DNA of 64,000 nucleotides from positions 7,936,001 to 8,000,000 of the forward strand of contig NW_026262659.1 of NCBI RefSeq assembly GCF_021869535.1, written 5' to 3'. A model generated the notes under the pieces. It saw only the letters and a program-made list of their open reading frames with translations, searched no databases and was not told the DNA's origin. How positions within the stretch are numbered: position 1 is the first letter of the stretch; each line of letters opens with the position of its first letter. The stretch comes from Mytilus californianus. Its lineage: Eukaryota. Positions 25,701 to 40,700 of the stretch are shown piece after piece. The position numbers were made by a program, and so were the translations under genes.

Positions 25701-28700
25701 TTTTGGTTAACTGCCTACAGCGCTTACAGTGCTTTGATTTACCTAGCATGTGCCTTCCTGTAATCCTAAACATATTGAAGTTAAGAAGTATGATGTAGAT
25801 GTGGTCAGAGCATTACTCCACCAGAGACATGAACCTGAAATGGGCAACAGCAAACTAATCATTGTTGCTATTATATAGCTGTCAACATAACACATGTCAT
25901 GCATGTGTAAAGTACTTCAAGAGACAGTTATTTTTAGGCACACGATTATATTGTAACCAACAGATATATTTTGTACCAGATGTACAGAAAACAGTGAACA
26001 AAATGATAAAAAAATATCTTCTAGTTGAGTTTAATTTTATATTGCAAAACCTTACCTTAATTCTCTCCCCGCCAGAAGTCCCAAAAGGCCTCATTTTCAC
26101 CCAATCCTTTCCATCTATATGTAATATATAGCATATATATATATGTTTGAATAAATTCAAAATATTTATAGGATAGAAAACCTGCATAGATGCTTCATAC
26201 ATTGAACCTTGTGTAAACAGATGCCTTATGTTAAGACTTTCCTGTCTGTCATGTGTCCATTGTCCTTTACCTCATTTTCATGGTTCAAGAACTACTTAAA
26301 GAAAATACATACATTTTTTGTCATGTGAATGTCACATTTATTATGAGTAAAAGGATAACTAATACCTATATTTGGAATATGAGTTCTTTGCAAAGTCTAT
26401 AGCTTCATGTCCATCAAATAGGGTTCACGTGATGAACTTGTCCTTATTTCATGGATCCGGGATCAAGGTTAGAGTTACATGATTAGGTCTGTTTCTCAAA
26501 TACTATAAGTACATGTAGATGGTCAACTATATGTGGTGTTTGGAATGATTGTTAGGTGTACACACATGTATCAGTCTGGCAGGTTTCATCTGATCTTGAC
26601 CTCATTTTCAGGGTTCATTGGTCAATGTTAAGTTTTCATGGTTTAGTGTAAACAATATTTTTATTGTGAAAATATTAACATAAACATTATGACAGTTCTA
26701 TTAGGATTGGAAAACAAGTGAATTTTCACTTTTACACATTCCTCTTCTAAGTTTTTATTGTTTGGTCTGTTTCTTTGATACTATAAGCAATACTATTACT
26801 GTTTAACTTCGTTTCATGATTTTCATAATGCTGTTAAAAAAAAATTTCATTTGTTTAAATTTGCTATTGTAATACAGCATTAATAATCTTGGATGAGTTT
26901 TCTGTTCTAAAATTGTTTAAACTGCTATACATATTGTTGTATTTTTCATGGGTTCTGATTCATTGTTTCTGTTATATATTTTCAGAGGAGATACACCATT
27001 ATCAACAACGTATGAAGTGAAAGTGATAGATTTGGACAGACCATGGGACTCCTATATTGTGACAGAGGGACTATCTGCTGTAACCTGTATGATATGGGAC
27101 AGAACAGGTCATCGCTTACTTCTGACCACCCTGGATGGTTGTTGTTCTGTATGGCAAATGGAGGTATATTTGTGATACAATTTCTTGCTAAGTCGTTGAG
27201 GGTGTCGATATATTAGCTACTAGTTAGTTGCATATACACAAGTTCTGCAAAAAAACATAATTTTTATATGATTTATATTCAAAAGATTGGAAAGCAGAAA
27301 AGTAGTTTGTAAATAATATTTGGCATATGAAAATTAAAATGATTCTGAAAACAATTATCAGCTACCTAAAGGAGTTGTGTCTTCGTTTGTGTGATCAATT
27401 TATTATTTATGTTTAACAGTACTTACAGCACACTTGGCTATGTTATGGCAGCCAGTGGTGGAGGAAGCTGTAGTACTAGGAGAGAACCACAAATATAATA
27501 CAGATAGAAAAAGTATTCCATGACAGAAATTCGGCAGAACATATATTATTATAATATTGTGTCCCTCAGGAATAAATATTATTAGGAACAAATATATGTT
27601 GACACACCAACCTTCTGCAGGAGAACTGTCAAACCTTCTTTTCCTTGTCAATTACAATCCAAGTCAAACACACCTTGCCACAAACTGTTAGAACTCAACA
27701 CCTCTGTGTTGACATGCTAGTGATCCCTGAAAATGAACTACTTAAACCACTTTAATAATCCACAGAGATGTCTTTTTGAAAAACATGCTTAAACAGAAAA
27801 AAGAAGATTTGAAGTCAAGTTGAAAATTTTGTAAAAAGGTGCTATGTACATTTATCAGGAATATATATCTTATTCAGAAATGTATACATACACCTTTTAC
27901 AATGTTTTGAATAAAACTATGTGGTATGATTGTCAATGAGACAACTATTCACCATATATAGTTTAAATGATGTGGATATAAGTAATAATAGGTCATTGTA
28001 AGGCCTTCAACAATGAGAAAAAACAATACTGTTTAGTTATCTTTAATTGGCCCTAACATGAAAAATGTGAAACAATATAGTTTGGTTTGTTTAACATGAA
28101 CAATTGTTAAACAAATGATGTAATCTTTTTGTAGGATTTTTTAGTGAATAAATGGAAGAATATTGGGAAAAGTTTACTTCAAGGAGAAGAAATATTGTCA
28201 GCTATCTGGTTTCATTCTGGTGTACAGGTAAAACCCTTTTTAATCTTATAAGTTTTACTACTGTTTCAATTTTATTTTGATTCTTTGTATCGACTCAATT
28301 TGCTCCTGATCAAAAAGTCCCATTTGATTGCGGGTCAGTAATTTAAATGTAAAATTTGGTATGTCTGAAACCATACAAAGAACCTTCTGATCAAGAGCAA
28401 ATCTAAATGACACAAAAAAGATCAAGATATAATTGCAGCAGTATTCAGGACTAACTGCGAATTAAACATAAAATTAGTTTGATGTAACAACAGAAATCCT
28501 TCCCAACTTGATGTAGTTATAGACACATTGTTAAGAACATTTTGCAATGTTAATACACTTTCACAGCATTCCTGACAGAAGTGAGTAGAAATTGTACAGA
28601 ATTGCCTGAAAAGTGTCATTAAAAATGGGAAAAATTGATATAAACATATAAACTATACAAACTTATTATATTACATATGGCTTTATTTTTTTAAACCTTT

Positions 28701-31700
28701 TACAATACATTTTAAGTTCATCGCTTGGTGTCTGGCTTCGTTTGTTAACTTTTACAAAAATGTTCTCCTCTGAAACCACTGGGCCAAATTTAACCAAACT
28801 AGGCCACCATCATCATTGAGGTATCTAGTTTAAAAATGTGCCTGATGACCCCTCCTGCTAACCAGTATGGCATACATGACTAAAAATAGAATATAGGGAT
28901 AACATGAAAGTTTTGTCTTTTATCTTGAAAACTGCTATAAAGAGAGAAAATCTGATGGGGCAGAAATGTTTAAAATGTTGAGGTCTACCTGCTTTCCATT
29001 TAAGACCATACTGTCAGATGACTTCTTATGTGAGTTATTGCCCATAAATGACAAATTTAACCATTTTTTTCCTTCATTTTTGTGTATTATCTTGAAAAGT
29101 ATAACAGATAGAGAAAAACTTTATATTTCAAAAATGTTCAGCAAGACAAGATCTACAAATAAGTCAAACATGGTCGAAATAGTCAGACAACTCCTTCATG
29201 TCCTTATTGGAGTTATAATCATGATAATTGCCCTTTAATGACAATTTTAATGGATATTTTGGTGTTTTTACCAAATACCTTAAAAACTATAATAGATAGA
29301 TATAATCTGTAAAAAGCCAAAACCATCAGCAAGACAAGATCTACAAATAAGTGGTTGACACAAAATCTTCAGTTGACTCTTTAATGGAGTTATTGCTCTT
29401 TAATGACGATTTTTACCAACTTTTAGTGTTTTTGCCTTTTATCTTAAAAACTATTATAGATAGATAGACACTTGAAATAGCAAAAATGATCAGCAAGATA
29501 AGATCTGAAAATAAGACAAGTTTTGCTGAAATCATATATACTTGTAGACTCTTAATAGGAGTGATTTCCCTTAAATAACGATTTCTGTACCCTTTTTGAC
29601 AAAAACCAAATGAGATATATATATACAAAAACTGAACACAGAAAAAAATTATAAGCAATAAAAGATCAACAAAACAAAAGATTTTTGCCATGAGTTCTGT
29701 TCTAATCGACAATGTTGGAGAAAGTCCTAGGGTTTCCTGTAGCTTTTGAACAGGGCAGGGTATTTTTTTTTCTGAGGGCACTATGTGCGCGATTGGCTAC
29801 ATTTTAAGGACACCCTTTGCATGGATGATTTTCACTTATAGGGCACCCTTTAGTCCTTAACATAGATATAAAGGCACTGTTATGGACAGGGATTTAATCG
29901 AAATAAACCAGTTTCATATTAACTGTTAAGAAAAAAAGATATGTATACTAGGTTATTAATTTTATTCCTTTCGGCAATAAGATTATTACTTCTAGAATCA
30001 GCTTATAGAATCTTGAAAGTGCCTCATTTTAATCAATAACTCCAGTTATAAACTTTAATACTGGATCTCTGATTGTCTAAGGATGTGTTGTGAAAGTGTC
30101 AAGACTTGCATGACCAACAGCACATGGCATTGGTTTTTTGCTAAACAAAAGAATAAGTGCCTAATACCTTTGGATCTGACATGTTCATACCAATCAAAAC
30201 TACCATTTCCTCGGCTCATTACTTCTTAGGCCACTCATCTTTTTCATGAAAAGTTTTATTATTACCCATACAGTGGCTTACTTAGCAATTGGTCAGAGAA
30301 TACCAATTGGACAGCTAGTCATTTGTTATAGATGCAATCAAAAGCATATCAGCTATTCTCTCAAGTTTATTTTATTTGAATAACAACAGTAGGAAAGCTG
30401 TCATAAATTCAAACCCAATCCAACATCTCAACCAAGTTAAAGTGGTTGACTCGTACTTAAAATGAATATAAACCAACAGCTGATTGTTTACGTAATGTTC
30501 ATCCCATGCATCGTCAAATTATAACTCAAACAATCACCTGGTTCCCCTTTAAATTGTTCATATTTTAAATTTGCAGAGTTCAAAGTGTCTGTTGTTCTTA
30601 TTCGATTCAATGTACTCGGTTTCAAACATATTTACAAAATTAAAAAAAATCTCAGCCATGAAAATTTTGATTCCGTCCAAAGGGAAATAACTCGATATGG
30701 TCTTATTAAAAGATGAATTGCAGAACTGATCTTAAATTACGACAAGGGTTAATAAAAAATGTTTTCCAAAAAAAGAGCAGGGCTTCAAGAAATGCGGCAG
30801 GGCCACATACCACGCCAAATCCTCCTGTAGGAAACACTATTTTGAAGATGCACATAGAGTTAGGTTTGTGACACAGAAAGAGCCTCTAGTTTGTTTTATT
30901 TACCGTCACTGAAGTTTCCAACAGTTTTTCAAGATAAAGAAGATTGACAATAATGTTTTAACTCTTTAATTTTGAACTTGTTTTCATTGTATTGTATTTT
31001 ATTGATTTTTAGTACAAAATTACATAAATACAAATAAAATTGAGAATGGAAACGGGGAATGCGTCAAAGATACAACAACCCGACCAAAGAGCAGAAAACA
31101 GCATAAGTCCACCAATGGGTCTTCAACATAGTATTCTATAACAACATGAACAATAGACAATGCATAATTATGACGTTACTAACATGATACCACTACCCTG
31201 ATCTTCAGGGATTCTAATTTTTGAATACTTTGTCCTGAAGACAGAGATCTAATTATTAAAAAAATATCGACCAATATAAGTTACAGTTAATTTTAGTGTT
31301 GCTGTCAACTTAGTGGTATTTCAAATGTAATTTTTTTTCTTTTAAAAACCCTGATTGATTTTATGTCTTAAAGGGTTATATATAATACTGATGTTATTTC
31401 TTAGAGGGTTATATATAATTCTGATGTTTTGTCTTAAGGAGTTAAATATAATACTGATGTTATGTCTTAGGGGGTTATCTATAATACTGATTTTATGTCA
31501 GATGAAGGCATACAATGGAGTAGAGCCAGGAACCTCAATAAATGGCCCTGTACAGGTGGTTTTTATGCCCCTTCCACTTCATTAAGTATTACCTTTGTCC
31601 GTCTGTACGTCTGTCCGTATATCCCAAAATTAGTTTCCATTCTCTAACTTAAGTTTGCCTCAACCAAATGTTATGACACTTATATACAATTCTTGTTACC

Positions 31701-34700
31701 ACAAAACACATATCAAGTTCTAATTTGGGTGGCGTCACTTTAACAGTTCTCTAGTTATGTCCCTTTATATTGTTATATGCAAGCCAGGGCATCATCTGTG
31801 TCCCATGGACACATTCTCAATTTAAGTTTTGACTTCAATGATTAAATTAAATCTAATGTGTATGTATTGCTAAATGCATGATATTTGAAAGTATGAGAAA
31901 AATTGTATATCTGCTTCATATTTAGAAATATATTAGTCGATCTGAATTAGGAATAGATTTCATTTTCATCCATTTTTCCAGAAATTTGTCAAGTTTTAGC
32001 CTTTTTTCATGATTTTATATTTGGTGCCACCCCTCACCCATTGAAATTTTTGTTGAAAAGTAAAGGATATGGTATATAAAGAATATTTCAGCCAAAAATA
32101 TTTGTGAGTGAAGGATGCCGCAATTGTTGGTTTTTCAGAAAACTGTCATAAATTTGCCAAATTCTGCCATTTTTTTTAGGTTTTTTACAAAATTCACCTA
32201 CTTTATGACATCACAAATACATCACTAATGACTCAATTGGTGAAAATATGTTATGACTGAAACAATTGGACATTTTAACATATGTTTTCAACAAATTTAC
32301 AACACATTATCGCAATGAAAAATAATTAAGATTTTTAGGGTCAAAATTATGAGTTAGGAACCAACTCCTTTCTGAGAAAATTGATATGACCTCAGCAAAT
32401 AAGAAAAGTGAGAAGTTGGAGTCATATAATAAAGCAAAATACTATCTTCACAAGCAGACATAATAATTCGGTGTGAAGTCATTATTTAGAATTTTAAATC
32501 TTATTGTTTAAAAACAAGTTACGTGTTTCTTCTGTACAAGTAAGAATTATACTTTCAGGTAATTTTCAACCCAGATAAAAAAGATACAAATTCTTACATG
32601 GAGAAATTTCTAAAATCAAAATCCTTCAGTCCAACTTTGACAAAGTTTGGTGGTAAAGCAGAAGATGGATGGTTGGTTCTCACTGCTACAGGACTGGTAG
32701 GTTAAATTATACCATTATACATGAAGCATACCTTGTTGTGTATATTTAATAGATTACATTTTCTTTCAATATTATTTTGTTATTTGGAAAGCTTAGCTAA
32801 AAAAAGTAAAGAAGTTTAACCTTGCCACATGTGCCTGTATCAAATCAGGAACCTTGCTAAATGTTCCTGTATCAAATCTGTAACCTTGCAACATGTGCCT
32901 GTATCAAATCAGAAACCATACCACACGTGTCAGTATCAAATCGGTAACCTTGGCACATGTGCTTGTATTAAATCAGGAACCTTGTCAGTAATTGCCTTTA
33001 GTAATATCTTCATGTTTTATTTCTTTTGGGAAATCTGGTTAAATGGCAGATTTTTTGTAATTTCTGTTAAATTTGTTCACAACTTTTGAAAATTAAGCAT
33101 TATGTATATACATTTGTCTTATTGTTGAAAATCTGTTGACTTTGCAATTTTCTCTTGGATTTTTTGTTTCTTTTTGTATCTCATTGATATAAATAATGTG
33201 TCTGTTTTTATTTATATTAGAAATGGAAAGAAATATTTTTCATGTGGAGCAATTCTATGATTTTTATGTAAAAAAAAAAACTTTAACTCTGTTGAAGGGA
33301 TCAAAAGGTGATCTGTTGCTAGGCAAGATTACGTACATTTCTCAAATTTTCCACATTTTGCCGTGGTAGTAAAAATTCCTTGTCTGTCCTCATAGTCTAA
33401 TCACTTTTCAGAGTCAGTATTATTAATTTATTGTATAACTAGTATTAGCCCAAATATTTATTCTTTGTAACTGAACATAAATTAAAAAGCCATACAGTCA
33501 TACGAAGTACAATGCTTAGAATTTTTGTTAGGGGATCCATTTATCACAAATGCAGTTAAAATCTGTGACAAAGTAATTGCTGTCAAAATTATTTCCTGGC
33601 CTGAGATGTGCACTGAGAAAAAGTGACCTTTGTAAATATGTTCTCATTTCAATTGTTTCTCAACAAATTAGTGTCAAGCTCAGTATGTATCTAAGGTTCA
33701 AAACAGAGTTGTTTATTTTACATGTTAATTCTATTTTCTATTCTAAAATTTACACACTTTGAACATATTTGATGTTAGGATAACAAAAATTTAAGTCTGT
33801 GAGACATTATTGAGTTTCACCTTTAATTATTGAAATAATCATTACACACCAGGATAAACAGTATATATTTACAGTTTTATTAAATCTATTTTTCTACAGT
33901 TTATAAAGATTGAATTTGAGTTGTCTTTCCTAGTTCAGTTTTGATCTAACATGTTGCTTGTGTATAATTTTTAAAACGGAAATTAGATGGGATGGGTGAA
34001 CTGCACACTTGCAAATTAAATTATCCTGTCATTAAATTTTGAGGATATTTTCCATTAAGTTATAAGATTTATCTGTTTCTGTGCTTAAAAAAATAGGGAG
34101 ATGTGGCATGAGACAACTATCCACCCAGTTCAAATGAAGTGGATGTAAGCAATTATAGGCAACCGTAAGGCCTTCAAAAATGAGAAAAACCCATACCGTA
34201 TAGTCTGCTATAAAAGGCCCAGACATGAAAAATATCAAATAATTCAATTGAGAAAACTAACTGGCTAATTTATAACAAAACAATTACGAAAAACAAATAT
34301 GACAGACATGAACCAATGAAAACCACTGAACTACAGGCTCCTGACTTGGGACAGGCACTTACAGAATGTCCATCTTGGGTAATTATGCCTTAATGTCCAT
34401 ATCTTAGTAATTATAAATCATAGAGGTTGATTTTTTAGGATGAAGGTTAACACTAATTATGTAACTTTGACCTCCTTTGTCTGCATGAATGGCTAAATGT
34501 TCATTGAAAAAAATATTTTAATTTCATAATTAACCAAGCAGATCAGAGTGTGGAGTGTGGAGTGTGTCCTGGAATGTTGAGGCAAGCAAATCTTAGATCA
34601 TGTAATTGTATATTGTAGGTTCAGGCAGGTATCATTAATCAACTTGATCAGAGTGTGGAGTATGTTAGACAAATCTTACACTGGTGCAGAAAAATTAGTA

Positions 34701-37700
34701 CCGTTTATGTTATTACACTATTTAATTGTATATATATTGTAGGTTCAGGCAGGCATCATTAATCAACTTGATCAGAGTGTGGAGTATGTTAGACAAATCT
34801 TACACTATTTAATTGTATCTATATTGTAGGTCCAGGCAGGTATCATGAATCAACTTGATCAGAGTGTGGAGTATGTTAGACAAATCTTACACTATTTAAT
34901 TGTATCTATATTGTAGGTCCAGGCAGGTATCATGAATCAACTTGATCAGAGTGTGGAGTATGTTAGACAAATCTTACACTATTTAATTGTATATATATTG
35001 TAGGTCCAGGCAGGCATCATAAATCAACTTGATCAGAGTGTGGAGTATGTTCAGGAATGTTTAGGTAAATCTTACAACAGACTCAACATAGCAAGTATGG
35101 CACACACTGGTAATGGTGACGTCATGATAGCAACCACTGATGGTCAATTATCGTCTGCAATACAATGCAATCTGGTGTCATTAAGTTTAAATGGTACTTG
35201 TGCAAAGATTGAAATCCGTGCTGGTGCGAGTCTTCACATGAAAAGTCAGATTGAGTACGGGAGCAGCAGTACTCAGAGGATGATGATAACAAACGTCGAG
35301 TTTATAAACATGGATTCCAGTGACACCTTGATACTCTGTTGTGGTAGTCATGGTTACAGTTGTATGGAAGTCTGGCAGCTACTTGAACAACACATGCCAT
35401 TGAACAAATTGTTTCCTATTCCACAGACACAAGATGCTGGCTTTAAAATTCCAAAATGGATGCATAAGGCTACAATTCAGCATGCTTCCTATCTAACTTC
35501 TATAGCTAATCCAAGATTACCCATGATTCTAAGTAACCAGATGGAACCGGGATTTTCTCCATACATTGCTGTATCATACCGGGATGGAAGTATAAAATTT
35601 ATTCACAGGTTCACACACCAAGTTCTGCAATCGAGTTCAGATATCTTACAAAGACAGATTCAAGGGTATAGTCCAAGCAAGAGGCAAAAAACAGTGGTTC
35701 ATATAACTAACTTGATTCAGACCTTGAGTGGATGTGGACTCATAGCAGTTCATGATGGACAGATATCTGTGTTAAAGGTTTTTAATGTGAGAGATGTTAG
35801 CATGACAATGGCATCACTTCATGTGTGTTTGTTGTTAGAGTATGCCATGGTTACAGGTCAGGATTGGTGGGATATTTTATTAGCAGTCAAACCCGGTTAG
35901 TATTTGTATAAGATTCAAGCAGAGTAAATTGTTTGTGTCTTAGATCAATAAGTTCACCTTCCAGTCTTGGCATTGAGCACTCCTTGATTCCATCATATAT
36001 TATCATTCCTCTCGGAGTTACCTGTATTGCAAACATGAATAATAACAGAAGTCAATTTCTGGTAAAAATATTGACAAGAAACATGTTTTTTGCCTCTTTT
36101 TTTTTTACAGTTAAAGGATAATCTTGATGATGATATGATACCAGGCTGCGTCCTGGGAATTCACAGGTTCATGAGTACTGGTTGTCTATACACAAAATCA
36201 TGTGCCTTAATGAGAAACTGAAGTATATGCCAAAAAGACACTATATTAGGATAATGGGTTTTGCAAACAATTCATTAATTGCGTTTAAAGCTCTTTCATG
36301 GATTAACCTTCTTCAGGTATATGCTAGAAGTCAAAATTTTGTATGTGGTCTAATAATTGTGTCAATAGGTAAGGACAGCATTGTTTAATTTAATAGTGCA
36401 CTTTGGATTCCAGCAAAAAAATTTAGAAGTTGGACAAGTTAATATTCTTGCAACTTGCCCGAATGGAATAGTTAGAGATAGATTTTGAGGTCAATACCTC
36501 CAAGGTAAAGGTCAAAGTTACTAAAAATATACAGAAATTTATGCAAGAAAGCATAGTTGTTGTTTACAATCCATATTTATATCTGCATAAAGTTATCATT
36601 TTTTTGTGAAAATTGGCAAATCAATTTTGGGAAATCTTAGTTATTGCTATAGATAAACAATCTAAAATTTTGAGAAACATCTTTTTGTGCTAGGATTTCA
36701 ATGAAAAATGAGGTGTGATATGCAGTGTTACTTTGAATCATGGTGTCCAATTTGCAGTATGAACTTAATTTGTGTAAACAAAAAGTCAACAGATTTTGTG
36801 AAACATTTTCTTTTGTGCTAGGATTCCAATAAATTTATATATATATAAGAATAATATGGGTTAATTTTTCTGACCTGGCCAAGTGGTTTTACATCTGTCT
36901 GTATCAGATTATTTGATGGTTTATATTTAAGTAAATTGTCTTGTGTATTCTCTTGAATGCCAAATATAGCTCTGTTGCAATCCATTGGATGCTATCTCCC
37001 TTAATTTTTTTCTTTTTAAAAAAAAGCTATTAGTTTTGTAATGTTTCTTATTTTGTACCCCTAGGACCTTTTATAGTTTACTATACATAATGGGATTTGG
37101 TCCTTGTTGAAGGCCTTACAGTCCCTTTAAATGTTCTCATCTATGTACTTTTCTTTGGGAAGATAGTTGTTTCATTGGCAATCATACTACATTTCATTAT
37201 TTTTGCGAAATAGTTTTTCTCTAATTTTCATGCTATTTTCACATGTCTCGATTGGTGTACAAATGGTGTGAGAAAAATATTCCTTATCTCTAGAGAAAAC
37301 TTTGTTCTCTGCAAATGATTGGTCAAATTTTCAATTATGACGTCAAATTTTTTTGATTTCTTCTGAATTTCCTTTTGTGACGTCATGAAAAAAGGCAACC
37401 ATGCGTGATGACATCACATATAAAGAACACAATTTTCTGCAAATCTTTGAAGAGGAAGTGTAAACTTGTTAAGATATCGTCTTAAAATCATCAGAGAAAC
37501 AGATTCCTGTTGATGCAGTGGTTGAATCTATATGTCTCATCTGTGAGTTTCATCCTAATCCAATGTTTTGATATCTCTAAACTATATTTCAGGTATGATT
37601 GAGAATATCTGTCAGAAGTTGACAGAAACACACAACAAGCAGGCAACAGCTACACAAGAAGTATTCAGTCAACGGCTGCTTGCCCTGAAGATGGCGCTGT

Positions 37701-40700
37701 ACTGTTGTAGTAGTGTTGGTCACCAGAAGGCAACGGACTGCCATACCAAACTTGTTCTCTTGTCACTGTATGCTGTTTTTAAAGCATTGCTCAGACCAAA
37801 GAATGTTACAATACAGGATGTGGTAGGGACTTTTATCATTTATATGAAGATATTTTCTCTAATTTTCATGCTTTTTTCACATTTCTCTTATGTGTGAGAA
37901 AAATATTTCTCATCTCTAGAGAAAACTTTGTTCTCAGCAAATAATTGGTCGAAATTTAAACATGATGTTAATTTTCTTGGTGTCTTCTGAATTTCCTATT
38001 GTGACGTCATGAAAAAAGGCGACCATGCCTGATGACGTCACATATAAAGAACACAACTTTCTGCAAATCTTTGAAAGAGAAAGATAAATTTTGTCTTTAA
38101 ATCATTAAAGAAACAGATTCTACCACTATAACTCGTGTATTACGATATTTCTCCACTCTCACCAGTTAAATTTTGAATATATAAAAAGCTTGGCAAGCCT
38201 CACGCTTTAAATATTAAAATTTAATTGTCTTGAATTGAGAAATATTGTAACACACTTGATGCTGTGGAGGAATCTATATTTCCACTTTTTTTCTGAAATT
38301 TTATGTAATTAACTCTTATTTGTTAATAGAATAAGCAGTACATAAGATATGATCAGAAAACTATAGTTTGGTTCTGAATGAATAAAACAATGTAACACAA
38401 GGTCTATTCAGCTTTGTAAAAATTTGTATTATACCTGCATTAATGTGAGTTCCAAGTTTTGGCTTTTTGACTGCTGAAAAGATTTCGTCTGAATCCATAT
38501 TTTTTTACAGCATTTAGGAGAAAAAAGTTCATTTATTTCAAATCATCCATGAAACTACACATAGTACAGTCAATGGTACTACTTGTACAAGTAATCTTTA
38601 TTTACTTGAAGAAGTAAATAAAATATACTTATATAAGTTAATTATAATGTTTGAATAATCTCCCCTTAATTTTCTCAAAAATTTACTTGTATAAGTATTT
38701 TTTTTTTTACAATCCCACAAAAAATGAGCAGTGGTCTGAAGATAACAGACAAATGAGATTTTCATTGTCCATGAAATTACATTTAAATGATTAGTAAAGA
38801 CATCTGCAAAGGACAGACAATTAAAAATTCTATTAGAGCAAAGAAGTCCTAAGAATTCAAGAAAAGAAGATAGGATGACTTTTTTACTTGTGTAGGTAAA
38901 AAAATCTGAATGTGTAAGGGACATAACTAAGCCCAATTTTTTTTTACCTATACATGTAAATAAAATACACTTAAATATCCTACAAATTTACTTATATAAG
39001 TATATTAATATTTACTTCTTCAAGTAAATAAAAATTACTTGTACAAGTAGTACCCCTGACTGTAGTATGAACATGTTCAAATTTTTAAAATTATAGTAAT
39101 TAGTCTGATATCATGTTCAGCTCACTTGGCTATTAAAAGTGAATGTCAGCTTTTGTCATCACTTGGCTTCCATTGTCTGTCTGTTAGATTCTCATATTTT
39201 GATCTTTTTCTTTAAAACTACTGAACAGAATGAAACCAAACTCTGCAGATATGTTTCTTACAAGGTCCTCCCCAAGTGTTGTAACTTTTTCTTCTCTAGA
39301 AACAGTGAACCACTTGTTCAAGGACCTAAATCTCAAAGACTTTCAACATGTAATTAGTCATTATCTATAAAACAGTTTTAACACATCAGAATGTTCTTGT
39401 ATTTCTTTTGCCAAATAGTTAAAAAAAATCACGTTTGAATTTCATGTGAAAGTTGGAGGTTCACAGGGGCACCCATTTTCTATTTACCTTTTTGAGTATA
39501 AAGTCAGCTCATCCTTGAGTACTATTAACAAACACACTTTTTGTGTTTGAATAATTTGTGTGACTTGAATAGGAAACCATGGAAATAAATCACTACAAAG
39601 TTGGCTAGTAAGACTAAAATGTGCAAAAGTATCCAAGGAAAGAAGTATGATCAGTATGTAAGGAATGTCACAAAAAATATCATGGTTTGAATAAGAAAAA
39701 CAAAAATGGTGAGGTCTCAAAAGGAGAATATACGGTAGTGTGAATTCATTTATGTTTGTGCCTACATATTTTCGTGGATTGAGGAAAAAAAAAGTATTCG
39801 TGGATATTTGATTTCATGGATTTGCAAAAGACTGCATAGAAGCCAATTAAAAATTGGTTATTGGTTGAAAATGTAAATTTGTAATTTACCTTTACCCACT
39901 AAATCCATGAAAAATGAGATCCGCGAATAATAATGCATCTGCAGTAACAGATATTATACCTGGCTTCATCATACATCATTATATCATATCCAGTAAATTA
40001 TAGGCTAATGGCATATTGTACTCATGGAACACATATTTATAGAATAACTAATCAAAGAATTCAAATAGAGAAAAATATTCAACGAGTGTCCGAACAACAC
40101 ATTAATTCACAAATGCATGTAGCGCATCAGTGTTGCTCGGTCACGAGTTGAATATTTTTCGATAGTTATTCTTTTTATTACATTGACAATGGGATTTTTA
40201 GTGGAATTAAAGTAGAAAATGTAAGGAACTATATCTTTTTCTACGCATTCACAGTTGCTTTGATGCGACGTCATCAACAACATCTTGACAACGCCTATTG
40301 TTGTAAGAATAAGAATAAGAATATTTATTGAATCCAATTAAAGGGCCCGTTTCCGAGCATATACATATATATATAGTATTAATTATACAGTAATTTTTTA
40401 GATATATTACATTAAAAATAAATGATTAAATAACTATACTCCATACCAGATGGTGTTTGAAAATAAATGAAATAGAATATTAACCCTCTCTAATACATAA
40501 AAATAAATAAACTACTGTAACATCACTACTACATGTATATTTAGTTAGTTACTGGAATGCAAATTTTCTCTTATTTCAAAACAAGTACTTATAAATCTTG
40601 ACACTGACATATTAACATTTTCATACTCACATGACATTACCCAAATAAACTGTTCATACTTTGAAATAAAAGGGAAGTTTTTACAATGAATGCATGCTTC

